From Octopus bimaculoides (Eukaryota), in contig NC_069005.1 in assembly GCF_001194135.2 (NCBI RefSeq), positions 27,320,991 to 27,384,990 of the forward strand: 64,000 nucleotides of DNA, written 5' to 3'. Numbering within the stretch: position 1 is the first letter of the stretch; each line of letters begins with the position of its first letter. The notes under the pieces are model-generated. The model was not told the DNA's origin. It searched no databases and saw only the letters and a program-made list of their open reading frames with translations. Shown here one piece after another: positions 1 through 12,659 of this stretch. The translations under genes were made by a program, and so were the position numbers.

Positions 1-477
1 AGCTTTGTCACACTCTGTGTCACGCTGAATATCCCCCGAGAACTACGTTAAGGGTACACTTGTCTGTGGAGTGCTCAGCCACTTGCACGTTAATTTCACG
101 AGCAGGCTGTTCCGTTGATCGGATCAACTGGAACCCTCGACGTCGTAAGCGACGGAGTGCCAACAACAACATATACATGTACACACACACATGCATGAAC
201 ATTGTATGTGTGTGCATGAAGGTGTGTTTATTAAACAGGTCAAATGCCTCCTTTCCTCCCATCAGTCGTGAAGGTTCTGAAAAAAAGGGGATGATCACTA
301 CCCTTCCTCTTCAGACCAAATCCTAAAGAGTAACAGAACCCAGCCCTTAATTCTAAATATTATTTTATTATTATATCAGTAGATAACCTGTTCTATCTAA
401 CATATTATCTACTAGTGTCATCTTAATTAACTGGTTATCTTAATCATTCAATTCTTGTTTATATTTCATTTTTACAG

Positions 478-904
478 CACATCAATTCGGTGTTGAAGTC
501 ATTCCAATTGTTGTAGACTTTTCTGCTAACAGAGAAATTTATCATAAAATTTGGTCACAGATAAAGGATAAAGAAATAGGAATTCTAAGTAAGTGCTAAT
601 ACCTCATATTATATTCTTGTGCAATTTTTTTTTAAAAAAGAATGTTTTATATTGAATTCTGGTGGGAGAGGGTACATTGTTAAAATAAGTAGAACAATGG
701 TTACAAAATGGTTTGTGTTGTTTGTGATATTTAGTTATGTTTATTTATGGGGTTGATAGAATTAAGTTTAATCAGATACTGGTGTAGCTGTGATTGAGTG
801 TACCTATATGCCTCTTAGAAAATTTGTGGCCTGTTAGAAATATATGTTAAAATCTGAATTTTTTTCCTAATGTCGTCCATGTGTGTGTGTTTGTGTGAAT
901 GTAT

Positions 905-938
<34 letters not shown>

Positions 939-3900
939 TAGGTATATATATAGAACAAGTAGAAAGATAAATTTTATTCAACACATAGATACTGAACAGT
1001 ATAGATATAAAGGATAAAATCCTTTTTTTTTATCTATACTGTTCAGTATGTATGCGTTGAATAAAATTTATCTTTCTACTTGTTCTACCATACATTTCAG
1101 CGCTTTGAAAAACAAACTTGTTTGTTTACATGCGGCGTAATAAATATATATGTACTTGTGTGTGTGTGTATGTATATGTGTGTAAATATGTAGATATTTA
1201 TGTGTGTGTGTGTGTATATATATATATATTTATGTATAGATTGTCTGTGTATACATGTATGTGTGTATATTTGTATATATATATGTGTGTGTGTGTGTAT
1301 ATATGTATTATCATTATCCTTTAACATCCATTTTCCATGTTGGCATATTTATTTATCTATTTATTTATTAGAATTTGGAATAAGAGAAATTGACTGTAGT
1401 GTACAAGAGAGAACACTGTTCTGCTACAGACATGTGATGCATAAGAAGGGTAACTATTGGGTAAAGAAGTGCCAAGTTATCCAGGTGGAAGGAGGCAGCA
1501 GGAAAGGAACACCAAGAAAGACATAAGGATGTGGTGACAGTTGATCTTAGGATGCTCAAGACCTCAGGTGAAATGAAAACTGGAGATGCTTTGCTCCATC
1601 TAGAAACTACAGGAGTTACTTAGAGGTACTGCAAGCTCCTCTTTCTGAATTAGGAAGAAGAAAACCTTGCACAAACACTTATTGTATACACTTTGTACCT
1701 GCCTGTACAGCACCCACAATCTGTGTCTGTTCACTTGTCACCCATAACTTATGTCTGTCTTGTTAACACCTGCAGCAAATGACCAGTCTGTTGAGTCAAC
1801 ACCTGCAGCAAATGACCAGTCTGTTGAGTCAACACCTGCAGCAATACCAGTCTGTTGAGTCAACACCTGCAGCAAATATCTGTCTGTTGAGTCACATCCT
1901 ACAACCAATGTCTGTCTGTGGAGTCACTACCTATAGCCAATAACTACCTGTTGAGTCACTACACTACCACAGCCAAGATATCTGTTGAGTCACTACTTAC
2001 AACCAATAACTGTCTGTCTAGTGAACACCTAGAGCTAATGTCTGTCTGTCCAGTCACTAGCTACAGCCAGTAAATGCATAGCTGATCAAAAGCCATGTTT
2101 ATTACTTTGCACTATGTCTTTAGTTTATTTAGCAATGGGAGCAGTACTAGTTTAAATTAGCATTCTGTATAGCATACTTAACCCAGTATATACTATGTTC
2201 TGTGTTGCTAATATCAAAATCTTGCCTGCCAGATAATTGCAACACCAGTGATTTATTAATCACTGTTTTTCTATATCAATGTAGGTTAAATTTGTCTTAG
2301 CATGTAGGGCTAGTGGATGCTTACTAATAATGATGCAATTTCACCACTGCTGCTAGACACTAGTGTCTTTTAGCACTATACATCTATAAGAGATGCTTTT
2401 TAGACAAATGCCACAGTTTCCAGGCTTTCTACAGTACATCTGCATTAAGTATAATACACAGACTGCTAATTTGAACTAATACTGCTTTCATCGCTAATGA
2501 CAAATTAGTTGATTTATCTATATGTTTATTTATTTATCAAATTTTTTCAGTCAATAATGTTGGAGTTATGTACCATTATCCACAGTTATTTCTTGAGGTC
2601 CCTGAGGAGGTGAGTTCTCTGTTTGAATTTCACATTGGTCTGTTTTATATTGAGCTTCAAACTGGAGTGTAAAATTATTCTAAATGATAAGCTGAAGAGA
2701 GGGGCATTGAATGTGGAGTGGTTCAGTTGATGGAAACATAGGCATAGCCATCGCTCACAACCATGTGTTGGAAGTGGAGGGGTGGATGTTGTTCAGTCTC
2801 AACCCAGATCTATAATTAAAGGTGTTATGATTATGACCATTCCATCTTTCCTTCAGATGTACTGTATCTAAGATCTCTTTATTTAAAGGGTCCTTCACTT
2901 TTTTTAACGTTGGTTGGATGAAATTTGAAGGAAATTTAGCTACTATTTCTAGTAGGTCAAGTGACTATATAGAACAGTCATGGGATTTTCTGAATGGCAT
3001 GCCTAATGAAAAAAATTACCTTGAATTTTTTTAGTAGTGCAACCTGTCTGTTGATCAGCCATGTCTCGTGCAGCCCAATTTTCATTGAAAGATTGCCCAT
3101 GCCTGATATAAAAGCTTCCCCATTGGCTGAAATAACTCTTTAAGTTTCCCTGTAGACATGCAATGCAAGAGAAATACATTTAAAGTATGCCTTCGTTATA
3201 ATTCTATTGGAGTTTAACATTGTTTTTATCATTTTGTTTTGTTACAGAGACTCTGGCAACTTATTAATGTCAATATCTCAGCCACAACTATGGTAAGTGT
3301 TCAACTGACTTGCTTAACTCTTTAGCATTTGGGCCCAAACCATCCCAGATATTCTAACAGTTATATGCTCAAACTGGCTCAGATATTCTACCAATTATAT
3401 GTTCAAACTAGCCCAGATATTCTCCCAGGTATATGTTCAAACTGGCCCAGTATTCTCCCAAGTATATGTTCAAACTGGCCCAGATATTCTCCCAGTTATA
3501 TGTTCAAACTGGCCCAGATATTCTCCCAGTTATATGTTCAAACTGGCCCAGATATTCTACCAGTTATATGTTCAAACTAGCCCAGATATTCTACCAGTTA
3601 TATGTTCAAACTAGCCCAGATATTCTACCAATTATATGTTCAAACTAGCCCAGATATTCTACCAGTTATATGTTCAAACCNNNNNNNNNNNNNNNNNNNN
3701 NNNNNNNNNNNNNNNNNNNNNNNNNNNNNNNNNNNNNNNNNNNNNNNNNNNNNNNNNCTAGCCCAGATATTCTACCAGTTATATGTTCAAACTAGCCCAG
3801 ATATTCTACCAATTATATGTTCAAACTAGCCCAGATATTCTACCAGTTATATGTTCAAACTAGCCCAGATATTCTACCAATTATATGTTCAAACTGGCCC

Positions 3901-6900
3901 AGATATTCTACCAGTTATATGTTCAAACTAGCCCAGATATTCTACCAGTTATATGTTCAAACTAGCCCAGATATTCTACCAATTATATGTTCAAACTAGC
4001 CCAGATATTCTACCAGTTATATGTTCAAACCGGCTCAAATCTTCTACCTATCATATGTTCACACTGGTCAGATCCAGCCTCTCACACCTACTCTACAATA
4101 TCATTTTAAAAATATACAATGACATTTTCAAAATCTCAAAGCTGCAAGATAATGCACAATTAATTCAAAACAATGTGAATAAATAAGCCTTACATTTGAC
4201 AGAGTAATCGGAATTCTAAAGGGCTAACTCATAAATGCTCTTGTTACATATTTGTGGTTATTCATATCTAGTCACATTGCATCAGTTGTCACACATTTGG
4301 TCACATTTGTCTAATCACAGTACTTCTCTACTTATGTTTAGTCACATGTATTTGATACATCTTTAGTCACATTAGTTCTGTAGCCAAAACACTTCTGTGA
4401 TCATGCATATTTAGTCATACTATTTCTATAGTCATATGTGTCCAGTCATAGACACATTATTTATGACACATGTTTAGTGATGTTACTTCTCTCACATATG
4501 TTTGGTGAGAAGTTTTTGTAATTTTTTATGTCTGATGATATTACTTTTGCACATATGTTTGGTGATATATATATATATATATATATATTTGTGTGTGTGT
4601 GTGTGTATTTATATATGTATATATGGATGTAAATGATTGTGTGTATGTATGTTTATTTATGTATGATGTGTGTGTGTGTGTCTTCGTGTTCGCCCGCCAC
4701 CGCTGGTTAACAACTGGTGTAGCTATGCTTATGTCCCTGTAACTTAGCAGTTTGGCAAAAGAGATGACTAGAATAAGTATACACACACAGGTTCTAACCA
4801 GAGAAATGATGAGTTTGTACTAGTGACAGTAATTATANNNNNNNNNNNNNNNNNNNNNNNNNNNNNNNNNNNNNNNNNNNNNNNNNNNNNNNNNNNNNNN
4901 NNNNNNNNNNNNNNNNNNNNNNNNNNNNNNNNNNNNNNNNNNNNNNNNNNNNNNNNNNNNNNNNNNNNNNNNNNNNNNNNNNNNNNNNNNNNNNNNNNNN
5001 NNNNNNNNNNNNNNNNNNNNNNNNNNNNNNNNNNNNNNNNNNNNNNNNNNNNNNNNNNNNNNNNNNNNNNNNNNNNNNNNNNNNNNNNNNNNNNNNNNNN
5101 NNNNNNNNNNNNNNNNNNNNNNNNNNNNNNNNNNNNNNNNNNNNNNNNNNNNNNNNNNNNNNNNNNNNNNNNNNNNNNNNNNNNNNNNNNNNNNNNNNNN
5201 NNNNNNNNNNNNNNNNNNNNNNNNNNNNNNNNNNNNNNNNNNNNNNNNNNNNNNNNNNNNNNNNNNNNNNNNNNNNNNNNNNNNNNNNNNNNNNNNNNNN
5301 NNNNNNNNNNNNNNNNNNNNNNNNNNNNNNNNNNNNNNNNNNNNNNNNNNNNNNNNNNNNNNNNNNNNNNNNNNNNNNNNNNNNNNNNNNNNNNNNNNNN
5401 NNNNNNNNNNNNNNNNNNNNNNNNNNTGCTAGTTAAGCAGGCAGGCCAATATTTACCTTGAATGGACTACCCAGCCATTGCAGGGTTACTCATTTACAGC
5501 TGAGTGGACTGAACCAACATTAAATGAAGTGTTTTGCTCAAGAATACCAGTTTGGTATTCAAAACCATGATCTCACTCATGTGAGTGCAATACCTAATGA
5601 CTTGGCCATGCACTTTCTGTTATAATTCCATGCTTATCTAGAATGCTTAGGCAGAGGAGATACCTTAGAGCAACGTTTCTCAACCACGATTCCCAGCAAA
5701 AGGTTCCTAGGGGTTCCGTGAGAAAGTGTGAGATAAGCTAATGCTAATTTCATGATCATAATATTACTATACATGCACATTATATGTGCATATGCATACA
5801 TTATATATAATATAATTATATATATGATATTTACCATGTGAACTATGATGAGAAAAATATGAGAAAGATATGATATATAATTTTTTTTGTGCAGGGGTTC
5901 TTTGAGACATGTAATTTATTTTAAGGGTTACACAAGGGTAAAAAGGTTCAGAAACACTGCTTGAGAGAAAAAAACAACTAAAGAAGAATCAGACTACTGA
6001 ATCAGGTTATGGAGAGAGCATTACAGTACAATTGATCCATGACAAAGCGGGCCTTGATAAGATGCAGTTTGGGTTTGTGCCTAGCAGAAGTACCATGAAT
6101 GCAATCTTCCTTTGAGGCAATCACAGGAGAAATACTTGGCTAAGAGTAAACCACTATTCTTGGCACCTGTTGACTTGGAGAAGGTGTTTCGCTGGGTACC
6201 ATATTGGGTGATTTGGTGGTTACTAATGAAATTAGGTTTAGATAAATGACTTGTGAGAGCTTTATGCAGGCTATGTAGAAAGATGCAGTAAGGTAAAAGT
6301 CAATAATGATTTCAATGATGAATTTGATGTGAGGGTGTGAGCCTATCACTTTCACCTCCACCGTCAACACCACCATAATTAATGCCACATCATTATTTCA
6401 CCACCACCTCCACCGTCGCTGCCACCACTATTATTGGGTAAAATACTTACTGGTATTTCGTTCATTTTTATGTTCCGAGTTCAAATTCTGCTGAGGTTTA
6501 CTTTGCCTTTCATCCTTTCTGGGTCGATAAAGTAAGTTGCAGCCAAGTACTGGGGTCGATGTAATTGACTTACCTCCTTCCCCTGTAATTGCTGGCCTTG
6601 TGCCAAAATAAGAAAGGACTACTGCTATTACTACTGTGGAGGAACATGGCCTAGTGGTTAGAGCAGTGGACTCGCAGTTGAGGGGCTGCGGGTTCGAATC
6701 TCGGACCGGCCGATGTGTGTGTTTATGTGTGAAACACCTAAGTTCCATGCGGCTCCGGCAGGAGGTAATGGCGAACTTCTGCTGACTCTTTCGCCCACAA
6801 CTTTCTCTCACTTTTTCCTCCTGCATCTAGCAGCTCACCTGTGACGGCCCGGCGTCCCGTCCAGGCGGGGAACCTATATGCCATTGAATCCAGAAAACTG

Positions 6901-7710
6901 GCCCTTATGAGCCAGGCATGGCTCGAGAAGGAACAAACACACCTACTACTACTATCAACAGTACACTAACTACTATTGATAGCAAAAACAAACTCCAGTT
7001 TGCACCGAAAAATAGATACAAAAATTGACGCCTGAAATTGAACAGTTTTTGTTGTTGCTATTTTTTTTTCCTGTGGTGTTGTTTAACTAATATAGTCCCC
7101 ATCCAAATTTCACATTTCAGAAAGCGAGGTGCCATAGTCATGATGTCTTCAGCTAGCTGCATCAACATCACCCCACAACTGACTGTTTATGCTGGCACTA
7201 AAAAATATGTGGACTACTTTGTACAAGCATTACAGTATGAATACAGGGACAGTGGTGTAATCTTCCAAAGCTTAGTACCTCTTTATGTAGCCACTAGAAT
7301 GACACACTTCAGTGCAACACTATCAAACCCAAACCTCTTGATCCCCTCAGCCAGCGTCTATGCAAGACACGCTATCACTACGCTCGGTTTCTCCAACAGA
7401 ACAACAGGATATTGGCCTCATTCACTCATGGTAAGTTTACTTTGATTTCGCAAGAACTAAATCTTCTTCGTTGTTTGTTTGGATTTGTGGAAATAGCTTT
7501 CAAGATATTAAAGATTGATGATGATGATGATGATAAGAATTTATCTTGTATGTTATTTAGTCTATCCTTATTCACGTTTGTTATTCAGATATTTACCGTT
7601 GGTCACTCTGAGTTATTTCCCTTAGCTAATTTTCCTTGCACACACACACACACACACACACCTCAGTACGTACGTACTTTGGTACATAGAAATTGTGTGG
7701 AAGCCATTGG

Positions 7711-7758
<48 letters not shown>

Positions 7759-9129
7759 TGGCTATATATATATGTATATATATATATATATATGGCCAAT
7801 GGCTTCCACACAATTTCTATCTCCCAAAGTCACTCAAGGCATTTGTTGGCCTGGGACTATAGTAGAAGGCACTTGCTCAAGGTGCTGTGCAGTGGGACTA
7901 AGTCTGAAATCTGAAATCAAATGGTTGTGAAGCAAGCTGCTTAACTACACAGGCATTAAGACATTCAATAATGTTTCTAGTTGTAAAGTTTGAACCAACG
8001 ACCATGGAAGTAACACAGCATCTTAAAATAGAATTACTCTAACACTAAGATTATAATGTTATTGCTACAGCCATTATGGTTTATTTTAGGACAGGGTACA
8101 TAACTGCACCTGCCTCAGTATGCTCGTTTGTCAACAGGTTTCACCCTACAATTTTTCTTTTTTCTAATGGCTAACTCTGGTTCTTGGTCAAGGCTTTTGA
8201 GATTGGTAGGAAGAAAAAAGAAAGTTATCTTCAGACTTGTGACCTGGCCTGAACGCTTGCAGTAAAGACTCTGTCAAAAGCACCAAAGGGCCAGTATCAT
8301 CCAAGAACCGGTCTGGTCCGGTCCGGTCCGGTCCAGTTCCACACAGTTTCTGTCTACCAAACTCACTGACAAGGCATTGGTCAACCACAAGTCTATAAAA
8401 GAAGACACTTGCCCAAGTTGTCACATAGTAAGATTGAACCTGAAACTATGTGGTTACAAAGCAATTTCTGAACCATACAACTATTATCTCAAGCATTTGG
8501 TACATGATGCTAAACTTCACCTGTGTCAACAGGGATAACGAACTTCACAGTTGCTTGTAGAAGGAAGGGCATCCAAATATTAAGTAAAAATGTAATGCAT
8601 GGCCGTTGCCAGTACCGTATGACTGGCCCTCGTGCCGGTGGAATGTAAAAGCACCCACTACACTCTCGGAGTGGTTGGCGTTAGGAAGGGCATCCAGCTG
8701 TAGAAACTCTACCAGATCAGATTGGAGTCTGGTGCAGCCTGCTGGCTTGCTAGTCCTCAGTCAAATCGTCCAACCCATGCTAGCATGGAAAGCGGACGTT
8801 AAACGACGATGATGATGATGATATGTGTCTCTCTCCCTCCCTTTCTCTCTCTCTCTCTCTCTCTCTCTCATGTAGCTGTCACATGCCATATCTCATTCAA
8901 TGCCACATGTCTGTCTCATGTAATGTCACATGTCTCATACAATGCTACTACATGTATCTCATACATATTACATGCAGGAGTCTGACCGTTTTTCATTCTC
9001 CCTTTTCAGCTCTGGTTGCTAACAATGTTGCCAAGCACTTTATGGATGTGGTGTGCCACACATCTAAATAATGGCTTGCGCCGCCAACGTCGCAGAGGAA
9101 ACTCAGGCAGCATCACTGACACACCGTAA
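478..9129 (+). CDS. HSDL1: HSDL1-like short-chain dehydrogenase/reductase (17beta-HSD3/12/HSDL1 group), 3' part; exons 478-588, 2551-2609, 3248-3292, [~35-nt exon not found], 7121-7430, 9010-9129 (stop TAA 9127-9129); 5' end outside window
   Basis: All visible exons have AG/GT ends and compatible phases. Translation: HQFGVEVIPIVVDFSANREIYHKIWSQIKDKEIGIL|INNVGVMYHYPQLFLEVPEE|RLWQLINVNISATTM|...|KRGAIVMMSSASCINITPQLTVYAGTKKYVDYFVQALQYEYRDSGVIFQSLVPLYVATRMTHFSATLSNPNLLIPSASVYARHAITTLGFSNRTTGYWPHSLM|LWLLTMLPSTLWMWCATHLNNGLRRQRRRGNSGSITDTP*. SDR motifs NNVG, catalytic S, YxxxK. The segments TPQL, ALQYEY, QSLxPxYVAT, YAxHAxxTLGxSxRTTGYWxHS and LWxW match HSDL1 as I recall it better than HSD17B12; no C-terminal KKxx. 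Orthology is from memory, not a search. Confidence 0.85.
1380..1620 (+). mobile_element. RTE LINE 3' coding fragment
   Basis: RHVMHKKGNYWVKKCQVIQVEGGSRKGTPRKT resembles the RTE C-terminal GHVxR...GRPRKTW segment. Confidence 0.6.
1765..2075. repeat. 33-bp minisatellite AACACCTGCAGCAAATGACCAGTCTGTTGAGTC, decaying rightwards
   Basis: Copies start at 1765, 1798, 1831, 1862; later copies degenerate; intronic in HSDL1. Confidence 0.85.
3314..4226 (+). mobile_element. piggyBac-like (TTAA-flanked) MITE containing an expanded 34-bp minisatellite
   Basis: Left end ttaactctttagcatt, right end attctaaagggctaa; the 3' body (ctcacacctac...caaaacaatgtgaataaataagc...acatttgacagagtaatc) recurs at ~52265-52497 and ~60520-60736. 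Confidence 0.7.
3335..4030. repeat. 34-bp minisatellite, consensus TTATATGTTCAAACTAGCCCAGATATTCTACCAG
   Basis: Period 34 read directly (gttcaaac at 3570 and 3604); about 18 visible copies either side of the gap 3681-3757. Confidence 0.95.
5671..5959. mobile_element. Older hAT-type MITE
   Basis: Ends caacgtttctcaacc / ggttcagaaacactg; degraded TSD ccttagag/cttgagag. Confidence 0.6.
5990..6345 (+). mobile_element. RTE-clade LINE reverse transcriptase fragment (decayed)
   Basis: MQFGFVPSRSTMNAIFL..QEKYLAKSKPLFLAPVDLEKVF across frameshifts. Confidence 0.75.
6648..6945 (+). mobile_element. tRNA-derived SINE with intact A and B boxes
   Basis: TGGCCTAGTGG...GGTTCGAATC followed by a non-tRNA body; related body sequence at ~12060-12100. 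Confidence 0.75.
7121..7430 (+). CDS. HSDL1: HSDL1-like catalytic exon (SSAS...YAGTK)
   Basis: Acceptor ttcag at 7116-7120, donor gtaag at 7431; lies inside ORF 7038..7445. Confidence 0.92.
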
Positions 9130-9178
9130 ATTTGCTGCACACACTAGGACTACGATTATTTTCTGTTTTATTTTCCAT

Positions 9179-9240
<62 letters not shown>

Positions 9241-11208
9241 NNNNNNNNNNNNNNNNNNNNNNNNNNNNNNNNNNNNNNNNNNNNNNNNNNNNNNNNNNNN
9301 NNNNNNNNNNNNNNNNNNNNNNNNNNNNNNNNNNNNNNNNNNNNNNNNNNNNNNNNNNNNNNNNNNNNNNNNNNNNNNNNNNNNNNNNNNNNNNNNNNNN
9401 NNNNNNNNNNNNNNNNNNNNNNNNNNNNNNNNNNNNNNNNNNNNNNNNNNNNNNNNNNNNNNNNNNNNNNNNNNNNNNNNNNNNNNNNNNNNNNNNNNNN
9501 NNNNNNNNNNNNNNNNNNNNNNNNNNNNNNNNNNNNNNNNNNNNNNNNNNNNNNNNNNNNNNNNNNNNNNNNNNNNNNNNNNNNNNNNNNNNNNNNNNNN
9601 NNNNNNNNNNNNNNNNNNNNNNNNNNNNNNNNNNNNNNNNNNNNNNNNNNNNNNNNNNNNNNNNNNNNNNNNNNNNNNNNNNNNNNNNNNNNNNNNNNNN
9701 NNNNNNNNNNNNNNNNNNNNNNNNNNNNNNNNNNNNNNNNNNNNNNNNNNNNNNNNNNNNNNNNNNNNNNNNNNNNNNNNNNNNNNNNNNNNNNNNNNNN
9801 NNNNNNNNNNNNNNNNNNNNNNNNNNNNNNNNNNNNNNNNNNNNNNNNNNNNNNNNNNNNNNNNNNNNNNNNNNNNNNNNNNNNNNNNNNNNNNNNNNNN
9901 NNNNNNNNNNNNNNNNNNNNNNNNNNNNNNNNNNNNNNNNNNNNNNNNNNNNNNNNNNNNNNNNNNNNNNNNNNNNNNNNNNNNNNNNNNNNNNNNNNNN
10001 NNNNNNNNNNNNNNNNNNNNNNNNNNNNNNNNNNNNNNNNNNNNNNNNNNNNNNNNNNNNNNNNNNNNNNNNNNNNNNNNNNNNNNNNNNNNNNNNNNNN
10101 NNNNNNNNNNNNNNNNNNNNNNNNNNNNNNCTCCTATTCGGTACCGGTTTCTCTGGAATCTCATTATCTCTTCAACGACACATTTTTCTCAAACTCTATT
10201 CTGTCCAAATTTTAATCAAAGTCCTGCTTTAATGAAAGTAATTTAAAACAGGTAATTTTTTCTTGATGAAATAAAAAAAAAAACAACAAACAAACAAAAA
10301 AAAAAACAACCCAATCTTTCAGTATATTTTCCATAATTTGTTTTGTTGTTATTCATTTTTTATTGTCATTGTAATTATTATTATTAATGTGGTGATGACA
10401 GCAAGCTGGTAGAATTGTTCACACACCTGTTGAAATGCTTAGCAGCATTCGTCAGTCTCCTTATGTTCTGAGTTCAAATGCTGCTGAGGGTGACTTCGCT
10501 TTTCATCGTTTTGGGGTTGATAAAATAAGTACCAGTTGAGTATTGGGGGTCATAATTATTATTAAGGCGGTGAGCTGGCAGAATTGTTATTGAGCCAGAC
10601 AAAATGCTTTGCAGCATTTCTTCAAACTTTGTTCTGAGTTCCAGTGCCACAGAGGTCAACTTTACCTTCCATCCTTTCAGGACCAATCAAATAAGTACCA
10701 GTTGTGTGTTGGGGGTCAATGTATTTGACTCCCACACCCCTCAAAATTGCTGGTCTTGTGCAAGAATAAGAATGGATTAACATGGTGGCAAACTGACAGA
10801 AACATTGGTATGTTGGACGAAAAGCTTAGCAGCAGTTGTTTTGGATTTACACTCTGGTTCATATTTCACTGAGGTTGATTTTGTCTTTCATTGTTTCAGG
10901 GTCAGTAAAATAAGTACCGGTCATTGTAATCAACATAGGTGCAGGAGTGGCTGTGTGGTAAGTAGCTTGCTTACTAACCACATGGTTCCGGGTTCAGTCC
11001 CACTGCATGGCACCTTGGGCAAGTGTCTTCTACTATAGCCTCGGGCCGACCAAAACCTTGTGAGTGGATTTGGTAGACGGAAACTGAAAGAAGCCCGTCG
11101 TATATATGTATATATATATGGGAGAATGTACAAAAAAAAACAACAGACGAGGACAGGTGGTGTAAACAACAAAAGGATGTATTAGTTTGACGCTCGGGAA
11201 TACAGAAA

Positions 11209-11235
11209 GTCTTTAACGTTTCGAGCTACGCTCTT
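11209..11235 (-). ncRNA. 3' half of a minimal hammerhead-like motif cut by an assembly gap
   Basis: Minus strand [gap]AA-GAGC GTA GCTC-GAAAC GTT-AAAGAC. Confidence 0.4.
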
Positions 11236-12109
11236 NNNNNNNNNNNNNNNNNNNNNNNNNNNNNNNNNNNNNNNNNNNNNNNNNNNNNNNNNNNNNNNNN
11301 NNNNNNNNNNNNNNNNNNNNNNNNNNNNNNNNNNNNNNNNNNNNNNNNNNNNNNNNNNNNNNNNNNNNNNNNNNNNNNNNNNNNNNNNNNNNNNNNNNNN
11401 NNNNNNNNNNNNNNNNNNNNNNNNNNNNNNNNNNNNNNNNNNNNNNNNNNNNNNNNNNNNNNNNNNNNNNNNNNNNNNNNNNNNNNNNNNNNNNNNNNNN
11501 NNNNNNNNNNNNNNNNNNNNNNNNNNNNNNNNNNNNNNNNNNNNNNNNNNNNNNNNNNNNNNNNNNNNNNNNNNNNNNNNNNNNNNNNNNNNNNNNNNNN
11601 NNNNNNNNNNNNNNNNNNNNNNNNNNNNNNNNNNNNNNNNNNNNNNNNNNNNNNNNNNNNNNNNNNNNNNNNNNNNNNNNNNNNNNNNNNNNNNNNNNNN
11701 NNNNNNNNNNNNNNNNNNNNNNNNNNNNNNNNNNNNNNNNNNNNNNNNNNNNNNNNNNNNNNNNNNNNNNNNNNNNNNNNNNNNNNNNNNNNNNNNNNNN
11801 NNNNNNNNNNNNNNNNNNNNNNNNNNNNNNNNNNNNNNNNNNNNNNNNNNNNNNNNNNNNNNNNNNNNNNNNNNNNNNNNNNNNNNNNNNNNNNNNNNNN
11901 NNNNNNNNNNNNNNNNNNNNNNNNNNNNNNNNNNNNNNNNNNNNNNNNNNNNNNNNNNNNNNNNNNNNNNNNNNNNNNNNNNNNTGTGAGTGTTTATTGA
12001 GAGAAAACACCTAAAAGCTCCACGAGGCTCTGGCAGGGGATGGTGGCAAACCTTGCTGTACTCTTTCACCACAACTTTCTCTCACTCTTTCTTCCTGTTT
12101 CTGTTGTGC

Positions 12110-12292
12110 CTGTAATTCAAAGGGTCAGCCTTGTCACACTGTGTCACGCTGAATATCCCCGAGAACTACGTTAAGAGTACACGTGTCTGTGGAGTGCTCA
12201 GCCACTTGCACGTTAATTTCACGAGCAGGCTGTTCTGTTGATCGGATCAACTGGAACCCTCGACGTCATAAACGATGGAGTGCCAACAACAA
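12110..12292 (+). mobile_element. SINE 3' portion ending in (CAA)n; copies at 1-170 and ~33655-33960
   Basis: 1-170 and 12125-12292 are near identical (gtcacgctgaatatcccc...ggagtgccaacaacaac). Confidence 0.8.
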
Positions 12293-12659
12293 CATTTTTC
12301 CAGGATCAATAAAACACCACGCAAGTACAGGAGTCAACATAATAACACTGTGTACCATAATTTTTGCCCTTGGGTGGCAATTGTTATTTCCTATTTGCTT
12401 ACTGCTAGAAAGTATGAAAAATGGCCAATATTCCCTTCACGCTTTGCTTGTGTTCCAATATTTATTCAAACTCCAAAGTATCCTTCTCAACACATTATTT
12501 ACATACTTATTGCAGTGGTCCCTTTAGTTTTTCTAAACCCTGTAAAAGAACTTGGAAGGTTGGGCCTTCAATCTGGCCTTTCGCAATACCCTTAAAGCCG
12601 GGAATTTTTCAGCAACCCCTCATATTAAGGTAAACTGTTACCTCTTCGTGGCTTGACCA

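Noticed and set aside
1765-2075. 33-bp repeat that translates as mucin-like TPAANDQSVES
   Set aside because: Lies in an HSDL1 intron whose flanking exons already join in frame (IL|INNVG); frame breaks at the third unit; no good splice sites.
3329-4186. CRISPR-like or coding reading of the 34-bp repeat (MFKLAQIF... ORFs)
   Set aside because: Units are directly adjacent with no unique spacers, the context is a eukaryotic intron with no cas genes, and 34 is not a multiple of 3.
6648-6720. Possible tRNA gene
   Set aside because: A and B boxes are present but I cannot form a full acceptor stem, and it continues into a SINE body.
7622-7914. ORFs made of YI/CV/HT dipeptide runs here and at many other sites
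   Set aside because: Translations of (TA)n and (CA)n microsatellites or of N gaps.
8090-8150. AG...GT-bounded segment that could be an extra HSDL1 exon
   Set aside because: Exons 7121-7430 and 9010-9129 join in frame and match the expected protein with no room for an insert.
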